Virus genome (UHGV): UHGV-1367765
Reading direction: 5' to 3' (one strand)
DNA: 50,578 bases
Source of the DNA: a virus
Within the stretch, counting starts at the first letter, position 1, and the number at the start of each line of letters is the position of its first letter. Shown one piece after another: positions 29,947 through 39,813 of this stretch. The notes below the pieces were generated by a model. That model was not told where the DNA came from. It did no database searches and worked only from the letters and a program-made list of their open reading frames with translations. A program made the position numbers and the translations under genes.

Positions 29947-31179
29947 TTATCCTTTGCGGTTAGACCAGAAGTCGGCGTTTTGTTTGTTCAGGGAAGCGAT
30001 GCTGGTCATGCCCATATTTGGACGTTGTGCATCGCCCGTGGTGCTGCGGGTGTTTCGCCCTTTGGCAATCTCTGACACGGCATTAAACGCCATGTTGACC
30101 GATTGTTTCGGCAATTTGCGGATATCCGCATCGCCGACTATCTGGCGAACCAGCGTTTTGTCAGCGGAAGCCAGAACCTCGCGTTTGAACGCGGTCGGTT
30201 TCATCTTACGGCTCAGATCGATACCCGGAACGATAACTTCGGCACGATAAGCAGCGTCACCGGTAATCGTGGTTTCCTCTTCGTCGTCCTCACCGTCGCC
30301 GGTAGGGTCTTTGTTATCTTTGCCGTCAGGCTTATCGTCGTTATCGCCCGTTGCAGTACCTTCCAGCTTAGCCAGCAGGGCTTTAAGCAAGGTTTTGATA
30401 TCGTCCTCGCCGTCGCCGGTTGGCTCTCCGCCCATTTCCGGCTTTTTGTCCGGCAATGGTTGCTGCGGTGAAAGGTTAATGTTGAGGTTAACGCCGCTGG
30501 GCAGATCCCCTTCATCACCCGTTACCGCCGCTGGCGCAGAGTCCAGCAGTTCGTTCATGGTGTCAGCGTCACCCGTTTTGATGGCCGTGCGCATGCGGGT
30601 CCACCAGCTTTTCTTTTGATTTGCCATTGTGTCTCTGTCTCCAATTGCACAACGATTTCCGGCTCTGCCTTTAGGGACAAGAGCCACATGGTTTCCGGTA
30701 ATATCGACCTGCTCGGCTTTACCTGGCTCTGTCTGCTCGTACTCCGCGTCATAGCCGCACGACACTTCACGCAGGCCATCTTCGATAAGCTGAATGGCGT
30801 TTTCGTCTTTGACGATAAGGTCAGCCAGCATCAAATCAGACTGGTCACCAGTCCCGCGCCGCACATTCTGAAGATGCCCGACAGCAAGCTCTTTCCAGTT
30901 CTCTGGATTCACCAGCCGCACATCCCCGTTTTCATCCTCGGGATGCAACACCGTGATACTCATTCCTTCGAATGAGGCGAGCGTGGCCTGATGGAATACC
31001 TGCTCAGGAGAACGCGTTACGACTATCTCACCGAGCTTGTCGGGTTTGAGGTTTGGCAGATCGGCAGCGCCGTAAAGCTGTTTACCCGTTCGACCTATCG
31101 GCACGTCTTTACACAACAGCGAGCCGTCAGCCAGCTGATAGCGGGTTTCCCCGAGCCGGGTATTGAAAAAATATTTCAT
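29947..31179 (-). CDS. head scaffolding / prohead maturation protein
   Basis: 410 aa with a highly acidic low-complexity middle (DGEDDEEE...) typical of scaffolds. Confidence 0.5.
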   Translation of the reverse strand: MKYFFNTRLGETRYQLADGSLLCKDVPIGRTGKQLYGAADLPNLKPDKLGEIVVTRSPEQVFHQATLASFEGMSITVLHPEDENGDVRLVNPENWKELAVGHLQNVRRGTGDQSDLMLADLIVKDENAIQLIEDGLREVSCGYDAEYEQTEPGKAEQVDITGNHVALVPKGRAGNRCAIGDRDTMANQKKSWWTRMRTAIKTGDADTMNELLDSAPAAVTGDEGDLPSGVNLNINLSPQQPLPDKKPEMGGEPTGDGEDDIKTLLKALLAKLEGTATGDNDDKPDGKDNKDPTGDGEDDEEETTITGDAAYRAEVIVPGIDLSRKMKPTAFKREVLASADKTLVRQIVGDADIRKLPKQSVNMAFNAVSEIAKGRNTRSTTGDAQRPNMGMTSIASLNKQNADFWSNRKG

Positions 31180-31193
31180 GGTTTACCTGCGAT

Positions 31194-31967
31194 TCAGGCG
31201 AGATAAGAATGAGGGTTGGGGAAGACGATTTCTTTGTAACAACGGCAGTTCGGCAGCTCACCAGCGTGACCGGTCATACCGTCAAGCGTTGGAGGTCGGC
31301 CCCATTCGACAAACTTCCCTTCCATCTCTCGATGAGAATGCCGGACGTCGCCATCTTCGGCTGTACGCCAGATATAACCATTCGAGCCGATTGACAGCGC
31401 ACGCGCCTGATCCAGTGCACCGGTTGCGCGCCCAAGCTCAGTCCGGGCGATAAGGTTCGCTCGTGAGCGTGACACGTCACCGGAAGCAGCTATCTCTTTC
31501 GCGAATGGCTCAGCGCGGCCACCAGTTACTACAGCCTCGATGGCCTTGTTCTGAATGTCATACACCCGATCGGCGGCCTCAAGAGGCAGAGATTTGATGT
31601 ACTTAATTTGCTCGGCGACGATGGATTTCATCACCTGGCCTACCGGGGCGCGGTCGACCATGTTGCGTAGTTCTGCGCTGATGTTCCGACTGTGCTGACG
31701 CCACTGCTTTTCATTCTGGCGCGCAATGTCGGCGGTGAAGCTCTCAGCAACCTTAGTCGCCCAGGGGGTGATGATTTCGCTGTAGCGCTCCAGCGCATCC
31801 ATTATTTCGGTAACGCTATCATTTGAACCATCGTAGCGCCCATTTACGATATCCCCGACCGCCCGCGCTATCTGCCGTAGGCTCGTTCGATATCGGATCT
31901 CCGCCTGGCGACTCTGGCGGTTTGTCGCCAAGTTCGCCGATGCCTGGCGGCGCTTCGTCTTCGGCAT
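31194..31967 (-). CDS. head morphogenesis protein (Mu F / SPP1 gp7 family); start uncertain
   Basis: C-terminal motifs (GYIWRTAEDGDVRHSHREMEG...LPNCRCY) typical of MuF-like proteins; listed start overlaps the portal gene by about 150 nt, an internal ATG near 31802 is the alternative. Confidence 0.55.
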   Translation of the reverse strand: MPKTKRRQASANLATNRQSRQAEIRYRTSLRQIARAVGDIVNGRYDGSNDSVTEIMDALERYSEIITPWATKVAESFTADIARQNEKQWRQHSRNISAELRNMVDRAPVGQVMKSIVAEQIKYIKSLPLEAADRVYDIQNKAIEAVVTGGRAEPFAKEIAASGDVSRSRANLIARTELGRATGALDQARALSIGSNGYIWRTAEDGDVRHSHREMEGKFVEWGRPPTLDGMTGHAGELPNCRCYKEIVFPNPHSYLA

Positions 31968-33285
31968 TCTCTATGTCCTCGTCGGTAATGGACGCCCCGA
32001 TGCCGGTTACGTCAGAATTTTCGCGCAAATCGGTCATAGCGGCTTTCAGTGTCATCAGACCATCACCCAGCGCCGTACTGATTGCGTTGGTAGTGTTTAA
32101 CGCCACCGTTGAGCGATCGACATCAGACATTTGCCAGAGCGGGTTAAACTCAAACGTGAAATCGTCCGGCAGCGGCTTACCGAGTTCCGAGCGGTGCATA
32201 ATGTCCAGTATCCGGCGCATCGGCATCCGTAAGCGGCGTTCCTGCAATGAGCTCACCCGGTCGTAATAGTTGGCGAGGTCTGCGTCACCAGTAGAGAAGC
32301 CTTTCGGGGATTGACCGAACAGTCGCACCAGCGGGATACCAACGGCACCGCTGATCTGCTCAGCGAACTGCGAAAGAATGTCATCCAGACCGCTGAAGCT
32401 GTACTGGTGGGTTTCGAACTTATCCCGCGAGTCCATGAGCGTCATGCCTTCATTGCTCTGGAACTGGCGGATCAGGTCGATGTTCTTCAGCAGCGCTTCA
32501 TACGCAGGACCACCAAGTGCGATAAGCTCGCGTAGCTTCTCCACGCTGTAGGTACGCAAATGCGCTTTGTAGACCAGCTGCGCCGCGCCGACAGTGGCGC
32601 TGTCGAACGCAGTAAGCCGATCCCAGATTCGCTCTACAACCGACATTCCCCATTCGTTTTCGGTCATCTTCTGCTGGAATGGCAGCGTCACCCCGTCGAA
32701 GCGAATCAGGCGGCTGTGATGGATGCGCCAGGCAGGAATTCCCGTTGCAGTGGTCACCACGTCGTAAAACTCAGGTTTACCCAGGTCCGGCCCCATCTCT
32801 TTAATGCGGCGGGTCAGCACCGGGTTAATCATCCAGCGGTCGAGCGGGAGAATACCCTTAAACTTGCCTTCTCCAATGGTTTCGAGCCGCAGCGGGGTCA
32901 TTGGTGCCTGCCCCTCAATCATGATGAACCCCACCGCGCCGCCGTAGAGGCGCGACCATTTCAGCACGTCATTCAGCGCATCCCAGATTTGCAACTCATC
33001 CAGTTGTGATTCGAGAATGCCGCGATCTTTTGCATCAATCTCCGAAGTGATACGAATGCCTTTCCGGGTCATATCGTCCGGGATAGCGTCGACCGCTTCG
33101 CCGATGATCCAGGACGAGCGATAGGACCATTCCACCAGCATGCGGTTGCGGCTGGTGAAGTTAGCCCGGTAGGTCGATGCTGAGTGCTGGTTAGGCGTCT
33201 GCATCCCTACGCGGGCGACAAAGTTCTCATAGCCATCAGCGGTGGCCTGCGCAGTTCTCCGCAGGGCTTGTTTGTTTCGTGCCAT
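31819..33285 (-). CDS. portal protein
   Basis: 488 aa immediately downstream of the large terminase. Confidence 0.65.
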   Translation of the reverse strand: MARNKQALRRTAQATADGYENFVARVGMQTPNQHSASTYRANFTSRNRMLVEWSYRSSWIIGEAVDAIPDDMTRKGIRITSEIDAKDRGILESQLDELQIWDALNDVLKWSRLYGGAVGFIMIEGQAPMTPLRLETIGEGKFKGILPLDRWMINPVLTRRIKEMGPDLGKPEFYDVVTTATGIPAWRIHHSRLIRFDGVTLPFQQKMTENEWGMSVVERIWDRLTAFDSATVGAAQLVYKAHLRTYSVEKLRELIALGGPAYEALLKNIDLIRQFQSNEGMTLMDSRDKFETHQYSFSGLDDILSQFAEQISGAVGIPLVRLFGQSPKGFSTGDADLANYYDRVSSLQERRLRMPMRRILDIMHRSELGKPLPDDFTFEFNPLWQMSDVDRSTVALNTTNAISTALGDGLMTLKAAMTDLRENSDVTGIGASITDEDIENAEDEAPPGIGELGDKPPESPGGDPISNEPTADSAGGRGYRKWALRWFK

Positions 33286-34907
33286 CAGGCCTGTCTCCCT
33301 AGCAGCTCCCAGATGTTCAGGGCTGAATTCATTGGCGCGTAGCTGATCATCACCGAGTCGGCGAGGTTCGGCGACTTGGTGCCATCAGGCTGTTTATCAA
33401 CAACGATTTTCCCCACGCCATTAATGGAGTAGGTCGGCTGCGACAGCTCAATGATGAGTTTGTCTTTGCTCGCCATGGCGCTGCTGATTGAGATGATTTC
33501 GTCCGGGTTGTAGGCCATGCCCTCAACCACGGCGCGATAGGTGTTCTGGAAAAGCTTGCGTAGCCACCACCAGCTCTGGGCCTTGGCGTTGGCGAAGAAG
33601 TCCTTGTTCAGGCGTGCGGCCTGTCCGTTGTCCCCGCGCACCGCTTCATCGTCCGGATCAAATACCGCGCCGCTACCACGAAACGGTGTGGCGAGTATTG
33701 ACGGTCGGCGCGCTGCGTAACGCAGTTCGTTGATGGCGCGCGCATCGCCGCGAACGCCAGCACCCAGGCCGTCCTCGTCGAAGCGAAACTCTTCGAGGTT
33801 GTCCTGTTCGCAAAAGCCGAAGACCTTCTCAACAGACTGGTAAATGTCGCTGCCAACGCCGGACCATTCACGCACGTTCTCCAGAAGGAAGCCGTGACGG
33901 GTCGAAAAGGCATTTTTGTCCCGGCCTTCGTCGGCGACGTCCATCGCGCCCAGTCGCTTGCCCGTTGGCTGAATACCAAGTTTGATATGCGCGTCGACGG
34001 CAGCCTGTACCCAATCGGACGGGATCAGGACGCCTTCCGCAGATGCGCTGTAGTTCAGGTCAAGTTCCTGCGCCACCACCACCGGATTGTCGATTTTCTC
34101 GCACTCCCTGCGATACCACTCTTCATCCTTGCGCGGGTCATCTCGCCAGTGGAACGTGAATACTGGTATCTTTCCGCCGTGGCGCTTCTGCGCGAACGGG
34201 TTCGCCATGCCATTAACCGAGCTCAGGTCAATACGGCAACGGGTGGTTTGCGACAGCGCCGCATCAATCAACAGAGGACGCTGGAGGAATGCAGCTTCAT
34301 CCACCAGGTAGAGCGTGGTACGGTCACCACGACCAATATTATCGCCAGCCTCGCCTTTGATGACCGCGCCAGTATCGGGAAACTCAACGCGCATGTACGG
34401 GGCGTGTTTCTTCTCGTCCCACGAACCGCGAAACTCGACGGGCAGCGTTTCCACGAACTTGCGCGCCTTCCAGAACAGCGCCTTCGGGTCACCGGTACTG
34501 TCGACGTATTCCTCTTTACGGGAGCCGAAGCCGATGACCATTTCTTTGTTGAAGAGGCAGAGCGAACAGGCCAGCCCGATCGCCGTCCAGCTGAGCCCCA
34601 TTTCGCGGCTCTTTTCGGTGATGCCGTTCTCCAGTCGTTCGCGCCGCTCCATGATCCAGTGAATCCACTCTTCCTGTTTCGGGAACAGCAGAAAAGGGAT
34701 GGTGACCGGCAGGCCATAATCGATGTTACGCGGGTCAGTAGTCATACCCCAGTCGATGATGAACTGTGCCGGGTTGGTGCGGTAAAACTGCTTTAGCGCT
34801 GGCAGCATTTCAGGGTTCTGGCGAATGCGCTGTAAGCGTTCCATCCGCCATTCAAAAACCATCTGGTAATCAGGATGTTTAAAATCGAAGGGAAATGGTA
34901 ACGGCAT
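33285..34907 (-). CDS. terminase large subunit
   Basis: 540 aa; ATPase plus nuclease architecture; follows the small subunit. Confidence 0.8.
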   Translation of the reverse strand: MPLPFPFDFKHPDYQMVFEWRMERLQRIRQNPEMLPALKQFYRTNPAQFIIDWGMTTDPRNIDYGLPVTIPFLLFPKQEEWIHWIMERRERLENGITEKSREMGLSWTAIGLACSLCLFNKEMVIGFGSRKEEYVDSTGDPKALFWKARKFVETLPVEFRGSWDEKKHAPYMRVEFPDTGAVIKGEAGDNIGRGDRTTLYLVDEAAFLQRPLLIDAALSQTTRCRIDLSSVNGMANPFAQKRHGGKIPVFTFHWRDDPRKDEEWYRRECEKIDNPVVVAQELDLNYSASAEGVLIPSDWVQAAVDAHIKLGIQPTGKRLGAMDVADEGRDKNAFSTRHGFLLENVREWSGVGSDIYQSVEKVFGFCEQDNLEEFRFDEDGLGAGVRGDARAINELRYAARRPSILATPFRGSGAVFDPDDEAVRGDNGQAARLNKDFFANAKAQSWWWLRKLFQNTYRAVVEGMAYNPDEIISISSAMASKDKLIIELSQPTYSINGVGKIVVDKQPDGTKSPNLADSVMISYAPMNSALNIWELLGRQA

Positions 34908-34909
34908 AC

Positions 34910-35464
34910 TTAGCCCATCATTTTTTTATACGCTTCTGCAGCCTGCTCCGGCGTTAAGTTGGTAATTTCTGTTCTGACTGGTCCTCCGTCAGCACCAGTC
35001 ACTTCATTTTTGACATTGTCTTTAAACGCCTGAACAGAAACATGACGCCCGAGCAACTCAAGGTTTTTAACCTTATCAGGCCATTTGATTTTCTTCAGGA
35101 GAGCAGCACTATCTGCTGATGCCATCTCGACGACATCCATTCCTGATAGCGTTGTACGCCACACCTTAGGCCAGTCTTTAATCGGCTTCAGTTCGCCATT
35201 GGCAAGCAGAATGTCAAGCACGTCCATCTGATCGATTTCAGTCAGCCGTCGCAATACATAGGCAGCGTCTATACCTACCTCTTCATTGCGTTCAGCCTTT
35301 AGCTCAGCAATGCGATCTGCTATGTCAGGTTTTGACAGGTTCTCGCTACCAGTGGCGCGAGCAGTTTTCTCGCTGTAACCCGCCCTGATAGCTGCCTGAG
35401 TGGCGTTTAAATCTTTCAGGTACTCACGGGCAAACAGCTCTTGTTTGTCTGTGAGCTTTGCCAT
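34910..35464 (-). CDS. terminase small subunit
   Basis: N-terminus [31 protein letters not shown] typical of small terminase subunits. Confidence 0.7.
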   Translation of the reverse strand: MAKLTDKQELFAREYLKDLNATQAAIRAGYSEKTARATGSENLSKPDIADRIAELKAERNEEVGIDAAYVLRRLTEIDQMDVLDILLANGELKPIKDWPKVWRTTLSGMDVVEMASADSAALLKKIKWPDKVKNLELLGRHVSVQAFKDNVKNEVTGADGGPVRTEITNLTPEQAAEAYKKMMG

Positions 35465-35571
35465 TATTGGCTCCGTTTATCCGTTAAAAGGGATATCAGT
35501 TAAGTTATCCCGTGTAGGGTATAAGCCATTATCAAAGCCATTCTGCAAGGAATGGCTTTTGTGATGGCAAT

Positions 35572-35591
35572 AAAAAACCGCCCGGAGGCGG
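35572..35591 (-). terminator. Rho-independent terminator after the 94-aa inserted gene
   Basis: CCGCC-cgga-GGCGG hairpin followed by a T-run on the minus strand, immediately after the stop at 35592. Confidence 0.5.
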
Positions 35592-35876
35592 TTACAGTGT
35601 TTTGTATGGTTTCGGCTTAGGGTCACCATGCTGGATGTGTGACATAATCACATCGTCACTAGGCTTATTCCCATGACAGCCAACCAGATAAATTTCATCA
35701 CCAAGCTGATATTCGAAAACATCAAACTCAGCATCCTCGAAGATCGGGGCACCCCCAGAGCTTTTCAGAAGCCTAAATGTCCGATCAGGAGCCTTAATAA
35801 CGGGACTGTAGCTCTCGAGAGCCCAAACATCACCTTTCCAGCCAGCACCAAACAAAATTATTGTCAGCATAGTCAT
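35592..35876 (-). CDS. hypothetical protein (94 aa) between the lysis module and terminase
   Basis: ORF with its own terminator; no recognisable motif. Confidence 0.4.
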   Translation of the reverse strand: MTMLTIILFGAGWKGDVWALESYSPVIKAPDRTFRLLKSSGGAPIFEDAEFDVFEYQLGDEIYLVGCHGNKPSDDVIMSHIQHGDPKPKPYKTL

Positions 35877-36073
35877 CCCTCTCGTAGTAGAGGATTAATT
35901 ATACCAACAGCAAAATAATCATTGCAAATCAGCTAATTATGTCAACCACAATAAAAATTGCGATATTCATCCCCATTATCAAGCCCACCCGCAGATGGGC
36001 TTTGTAATGGATAGCCGTTGCTCAGTTCTCGTAATGCTTTGATTTTTCCGATAACGCAGTTTTGCGTTTGCCA

Positions 36074-36595
36074 TCAGCACGCGATATCGAGAGTCAACTG
36101 CAGTTGCTCGCGCCAGTACTCAACATTTGCTTCAATAACCGGCTTATCCCATCGCCAGCGAGCCATCTCTCTTGCCCCATTGCTGGCTTTTGATTTCCGG
36201 TCATCACGAATGCGACATGCTTGCTCATATTTCTGCTGCTCAGTCAGTTCACCGCGAAGCAGACTATCAATGTGCAGGTCGCACCATACGGAGAATTTCG
36301 GATCGCACCATCTTGCAAAGGCAACTGATAACTTTGGATGCAGCCATGTTCCGCCGCCCCTGTCCTTTCGTGCCTTGCTTGTTTTTACATACCCGGAATC
36401 ACGGGTATGTAGAATTTTCGATGGTTCACCTGAATAAACCTCATCCAGAGCTCTAACGTATTCGAGAGTTTCAGCGTTGGACAACCAGTGATCCAGACGC
36501 TTCCCGAAACGTTTTGCAATATCAGTGGCATTAATCCAGCCATCAGTATTGAAGCGGATAGGTTCGCCTTTGTAATTCAGTGGAACGATATTCAT
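36074..36595 (-). CDS. KilA-N domain protein
   Basis: MNIVPLNYKGEPIRFNTDGWINATDIAKRFGKRLDHWL is KilA-N-like. Confidence 0.6.
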   Translation of the reverse strand: MNIVPLNYKGEPIRFNTDGWINATDIAKRFGKRLDHWLSNAETLEYVRALDEVYSGEPSKILHTRDSGYVKTSKARKDRGGGTWLHPKLSVAFARWCDPKFSVWCDLHIDSLLRGELTEQQKYEQACRIRDDRKSKASNGAREMARWRWDKPVIEANVEYWREQLQLTLDIAC

Positions 36596-36742
36596 AGCGT
36601 CTTTACCTTTTAGAAAGTGAGCCTGTCTCACAGAAAAGCCGCCCCGAGATGGTCGCCACCATATACGGCAGTTCTCAGGCTCAACTTTCTGAAAGGCTCG
36701 GGTGATGTAATATGCGCGTGAGATGCGCGTTTACTGCGGACA

Positions 36743-36765
36743 TAAAAAAGCCCCGCATCGCGAGG
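36743..36765 (-). terminator. terminator-like hairpin after the lysis cassette
   Basis: GCCCCGC-atc-GCGAGGC (one mismatch) followed by a T-run on the minus strand. Confidence 0.4.
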
Positions 36766-36798
36766 CTCATTAAATGGACTTTGTGATTTGCAAAAAAA

Positions 36799-37236
36799 TT
36801 ATTTCAGGCATTGCGTCCTGATGTATTCCTGCAGGTAGTTAACCTGCGCGGTTATCTTGTCGATTCCACTTCGTAGACGGTAATAATTGAGTTCAGCATC
36901 TGCTGTAAGTCTTGGGCTTTCTCCATCGCCCATGCTGCTGGCTCCGGTCGTTGACTTTGCACAGGTGGCGGCGACTTGCATGCGCTTACGACCAGCAGAA
37001 ACATCAGCACGGAGACTTTCGATAGTCGAGTTAGCATCAGCAAGCTCCTTTGTGTATCTGGCGTCAAGTTCTGCTACGTCACGTTGACGCTTCTGCATAT
37101 CAGCGATGATGGATGTGGCTTTGTCGCGCTGGGCTTTGTAGGCGATGGCGTTATCCCGGTAATGATTAACAGCCCATGACAGGCAAACGATGATGCAGAT
37201 AACCAGAGCGGAGATAATCGCGGTGACTCTGCTCAT
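36799..37236 (-). CDS. Rz: i-spanin Rz
   Basis: N-terminus identical to the prophage A Rz and lambda Rz. Confidence 0.85.
   Translation of the reverse strand: MSRVTAIISALVICIIVCLSWAVNHYRDNAIAYKAQRDKATSIIADMQKRQRDVAELDARYTKELADANSTIESLRADVSAGRKRMQVAATCAKSTTGASSMGDGESPRLTADAELNYYRLRSGIDKITAQVNYLQEYIRTQCLK
36852..37037 (-). CDS. Rz1: o-spanin Rz1 lipoprotein embedded in Rz (start taken at internal ATG)
   Basis: Out-of-frame ORF with lipobox LLVVSAC and a Pro-rich stretch. Confidence 0.65.
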   Translation of the reverse strand: MLTRLSKVSVLMFLLVVSACKSPPPVQSQRPEPAAWAMEKAQDLQQMLNSIITVYEVESTR

Positions 37237-37709
37237 ACCTCAATCTCTCTGACCGTTCCGCCAGCCTCTTTGAATTTTGCAATCAGGCTGTCAGCCTTAT
37301 GCTCGAACTGGCCATAACCAGCGCCCGGCAGTGAAGCCCAGATATTGCTGCAACGGTCGATTGCCTGACGAATATCACCGCGGTCAATCATCGGTAAAGC
37401 GCCACGCTCTTTAATCTGTTGCAGTGCCACAGCGTCCTGGCTTTTCGGAGAGAAGTCTTTCAGGCCAAGCTGCTTGCGGTAGGCATCCCACCAACGGGAA
37501 AGAAGCTGGTAGCGTCCGGCGGCTGTTGATTTGAGTTTCGGATTTAGCGTGACAAGTTTGCGAGGGTGATCGGAGTAATCAGTGAATAGCTCTCCGCCTA
37601 CAATGACGTCATAACCATGATTTCTGGTTTTCTGACGTCCGTTATCAGTTCCCTCTGACCACGCCAGCATATCGAGGAACGCCTTACGTTGATTATTGAT
37701 TTCCACCAT
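37233..37709 (-). CDS. R: endolysin R (lambda-type lytic transglycosylase)
   Basis: [35 protein letters not shown]... essentially identical to lambda R as recalled. Confidence 0.9.
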   Translation of the reverse strand: MVEINNQRKAFLDMLAWSEGTDNGRQKTRNHGYDVIVGGELFTDYSDHPRKLVTLNPKLKSTAAGRYQLLSRWWDAYRKQLGLKDFSPKSQDAVALQQIKERGALPMIDRGDIRQAIDRCSNIWASLPGAGYGQFEHKADSLIAKFKEAGGTVREIEV

Positions 37710-38016
37710 CTTCTACTCCGGCTTTTTTAGCAGCGAAGCGTTTGATAAGCGAACCAATCGAGTCAGTACCGATGTAGCCGATAAACACGCTCGTTATATA
37801 AGCGAGATTGCTACTTAGTCCGGCGAAGTCGAGAAGATCACGAATGAACCAGGCGATAATGGCGCACATCGTTGCGTCGATTACTGTTTTTGTAAACGCA
37901 CCGCCATTATATCTGCCGCGAAGGTACGCCATTGCAAACGCAAGGATTGCCCCGATGCCTTGTTCCTTTGCCGCGAGAATGGCGGCTAACAGGTCATGTT
38001 TTTCTGGCATCTTCAT
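37693..38016 (-). CDS. S: holin S (lambda type, dual-start MKM)
   Basis: [35 protein letters not shown]... matches lambda S; overlaps R by 17 nt as in lambda. Confidence 0.9.
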   Translation of the reverse strand: MKMPEKHDLLAAILAAKEQGIGAILAFAMAYLRGRYNGGAFTKTVIDATMCAIIAWFIRDLLDFAGLSSNLAYITSVFIGYIGTDSIGSLIKRFAAKKAGVEDGGNQ

Positions 38017-38258
38017 GTCTTAGCCCCAATAAGGGGATTTGCTCTATTTAATTAGGAATAAGGTCGATTACTGATAGAACAAATCCAGGCTACTGTGTTT
38101 AGTAATCAGATTTGTTCGTGACCGATATGCACGGGCAAAACGGCAGGAGGTTGTTAGCGCGACCTCCTGTCACCCGCTTTCACGAAGATCATGTGTAGAA
38201 GGCCGCAGCGTAACTATCACTGATGAATTCAGGATAGCCAGTGGATACGGCTCAGTTA

Positions 38259-38334
38259 TGGTGCTGGTTAACGGACTTGAACCGCTACCCATTCGCTTAC
38301 AAGGCGACCGCTCTACCATTGGAGCTAAACCAGC
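38259..38334 (-). tRNA. tRNA-Thr (anticodon UGU inferred)
   Basis: Hand-folded cloverleaf: 7-bp acceptor stem, D-stem GCTC/GAGC, anticodon loop CTTGTAA, T-loop TTCAAGT, 3' ACCA. Confidence 0.55.
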
Positions 38335-38339
38335 ATGTT

Positions 38340-38414
38340 TGGCGGGACAGCGTGGACTCGAACCACGATAAGAAGGTTAACAGCCTTCCGTAATGACCTT
38401 TATACGACTGACCC
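38340..38414 (-). tRNA. tRNA-like gene, anticodon GUU (Asn) inferred; possibly degenerate
   Basis: Cloverleaf with anticodon loop CTGTTAA, T-arm CGTGG-TTCGAGT-CCACG, 3' GCCA, but a U-U mismatch in the acceptor stem and a 3-bp D-stem. Confidence 0.4.
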
Positions 38415-38416
38415 AA

Positions 38417-38500
38417 ATAAAAAAAGCCACCGTTGCAACTTAAGAGTCACTAACGGCAGCTTATGCGAATAGTGTTGCTCATTTGCTCAATGATGTCAAC
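38417..38500 (-). promoter_or_regulatory. candidate late promoter pR' and tR' terminator downstream of Q
   Basis: TTGACA hexamer followed by a hairpin and T-run on the minus strand between Q and the tRNAs; element positions approximate. Confidence 0.35.
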
Positions 38501-38505
38501 ACGTT

Positions 38506-38994
38506 CTATGCTACATGTTTAATTTTCTCTACACGTTTCCGGTTTTTAAACGCACCATCCAGAACAGGGTAAATCATAAACAACGAGGAATTGAGGATTT
38601 CGTCAACTTCCCGGCGACAGGTTGCGAGCGATGGTTTTTGAATGCGCCCGCCGCCCCGGCATAACATCTTGCGAGGTCTTGCGACGCGATGATAGTAAGA
38701 TGCAATGGCGTGCTTGGAAGAGCCGTGGGCGTAGTAACTGAGGAGGATGCCAAAGGCTTTCTTGTCAATGTACATGACGGAATCGACGACCTGAGAAATC
38801 AACATTCCATCATCATCATTACACATTGGCCTTGTCATAACTCTTCCCGGCTCTACGCTCTCCATGAACTTCGCTATTACGCTGCTCATGCGCTTTTCCA
38901 GACGACCTGAATAAACCCATGCGCCCCACAGTTCAAGCCATCCATTCAGCCAATCGTGCTGCTCTTTGGTGAGGTTTAGTTCTCTTATGCTCAT
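38506..38994 (-). CDS. late-gene antiterminator Q (Q82/21 family)
   Basis: WLELWGAWVY motif shared with the prophage A Q; cysteine cluster; directly upstream of the late promoter region. Confidence 0.65.
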   Translation of the reverse strand: MSIRELNLTKEQHDWLNGWLELWGAWVYSGRLEKRMSSVIAKFMESVEPGRVMTRPMCNDDDGMLISQVVDSVMYIDKKAFGILLSYYAHGSSKHAIASYYHRVARPRKMLCRGGGRIQKPSLATCRREVDEILNSSLFMIYPVLDGAFKNRKRVEKIKHVA

Positions 38995-39179
38995 CGTCTT
39001 CCCCTCTTGCCCTGTTTGACCATCAGGACGCCGTTAACTATTACGTGACGCTCGCCTTTGCTGTCTCGGTTGTACTTGAGCACTGTTCCTCTTGCGCAGG
39101 AAAGCATCCTCGCCACTTCGGTCTGATTTCCTCGTGTCTGGATAAGAAGCTCTGGTATCGTTTGAATTGTGGCGTTCAT
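38991..39179 (-). CDS. ninH: NinH
   Basis: TIPELLIQTRGNQTEVARMLSCARGTVLKY matches lambda NinH as recalled. Confidence 0.75.
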   Translation of the reverse strand: MNATIQTIPELLIQTRGNQTEVARMLSCARGTVLKYNRDSKGERHVIVNGVLMVKQGKRGRR

Positions 39180-39538
39180 ACGTTCTCCAGTTCGGTGATT
39201 TTTATTCCAAGCCGTCCGCCTGGTACTTTCACACCACGAATTACGTGAATGTCATCGAATTGCTCGTCGTCTTCCGCAAATCCGGCGTGGATAAGGGAGT
39301 CGAGTAAACCCTTCAGGATGTTATCGAGGTCGCGGCGGCGGGAGTCTGGAACGTCTGCGATGACTTTGATGCGGAGTCGTGATTTGGTGAAAATGTCTAA
39401 CTTAAGTTGGCGGATGATTTGCTGAACGTCTTTTCGGTATTTCTGGCCTTTATCGCTGATGTAGTATTGACTTCCCCGTCTTCGCCAGTAGGTATTCACC
39501 GACGGCGGGTATGGAAGCACAAACTGATATTCGTTCAT
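39176..39538 (-). CDS. rusA: Holliday-junction resolvase RusA
   Basis: LPYPPSVNTYW and RRRDLDN motifs. Confidence 0.75.
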   Translation of the reverse strand: MNEYQFVLPYPPSVNTYWRRRGSQYYISDKGQKYRKDVQQIIRQLKLDIFTKSRLRIKVIADVPDSRRRDLDNILKGLLDSLIHAGFAEDDEQFDDIHVIRGVKVPGGRLGIKITELENV

Positions 39539-39813
39539 TGGACAAACACCCTCCCATTGTTAACCAATTTTTTAAGGGTAAGCACAATGGCCCGATCCAT
39601 TTCAGCCCTTCGCTCTTCCCTGCTCATATCTCTCCCATTATCAATTCTTGAATGACAATCAACACATAGCGCAGCAGTAAGGCAATCATCTACTTTAATC
39701 CCAACCCCCTTCCCTTCATTTCTGTGAGCGGCCTGAACTCCGTATCTTCCGCAAAGAACGCAAAATTCAATATCCCTGACTGCCTGAAGCCATTTTTTGC
39801 TTCTAAACATCAA
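39535..39813 (-). CDS. DUF1364 (YbcO-like) putative nuclease
   Basis: Cys/His pattern CVLCGRY...AAHRN...CVDCHSRIDNG typical of YbcO-like proteins. Confidence 0.5.
   Translation of the reverse strand: MMFRSKKWLQAVRDIEFCVLCGRYGVQAAHRNEGKGVGIKVDDCLTAALCVDCHSRIDNGRDMSREERRAEMDRAIVLTLKKLVNNGRVFVQ

Noticed and set aside
33894-34796. 300-aa plus-strand ORF inside the large terminase gene
   Set aside because: Antisense to a confidently assigned terminase gene and Arg/Ala-rich, typical of a GC-rich reverse frame.
38160-38258. Possible third tRNA next to the two called tRNAs
   Set aside because: No CCA end, acceptor stem or T-loop consensus on hand folding; only a simple hairpin.
38017-38505. Shiga toxin genes in the Q-to-S slot of prophage B
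   Set aside because: The slot holds only tRNA genes and regulatory sequence; no ORF of suitable size or signal peptide is present.
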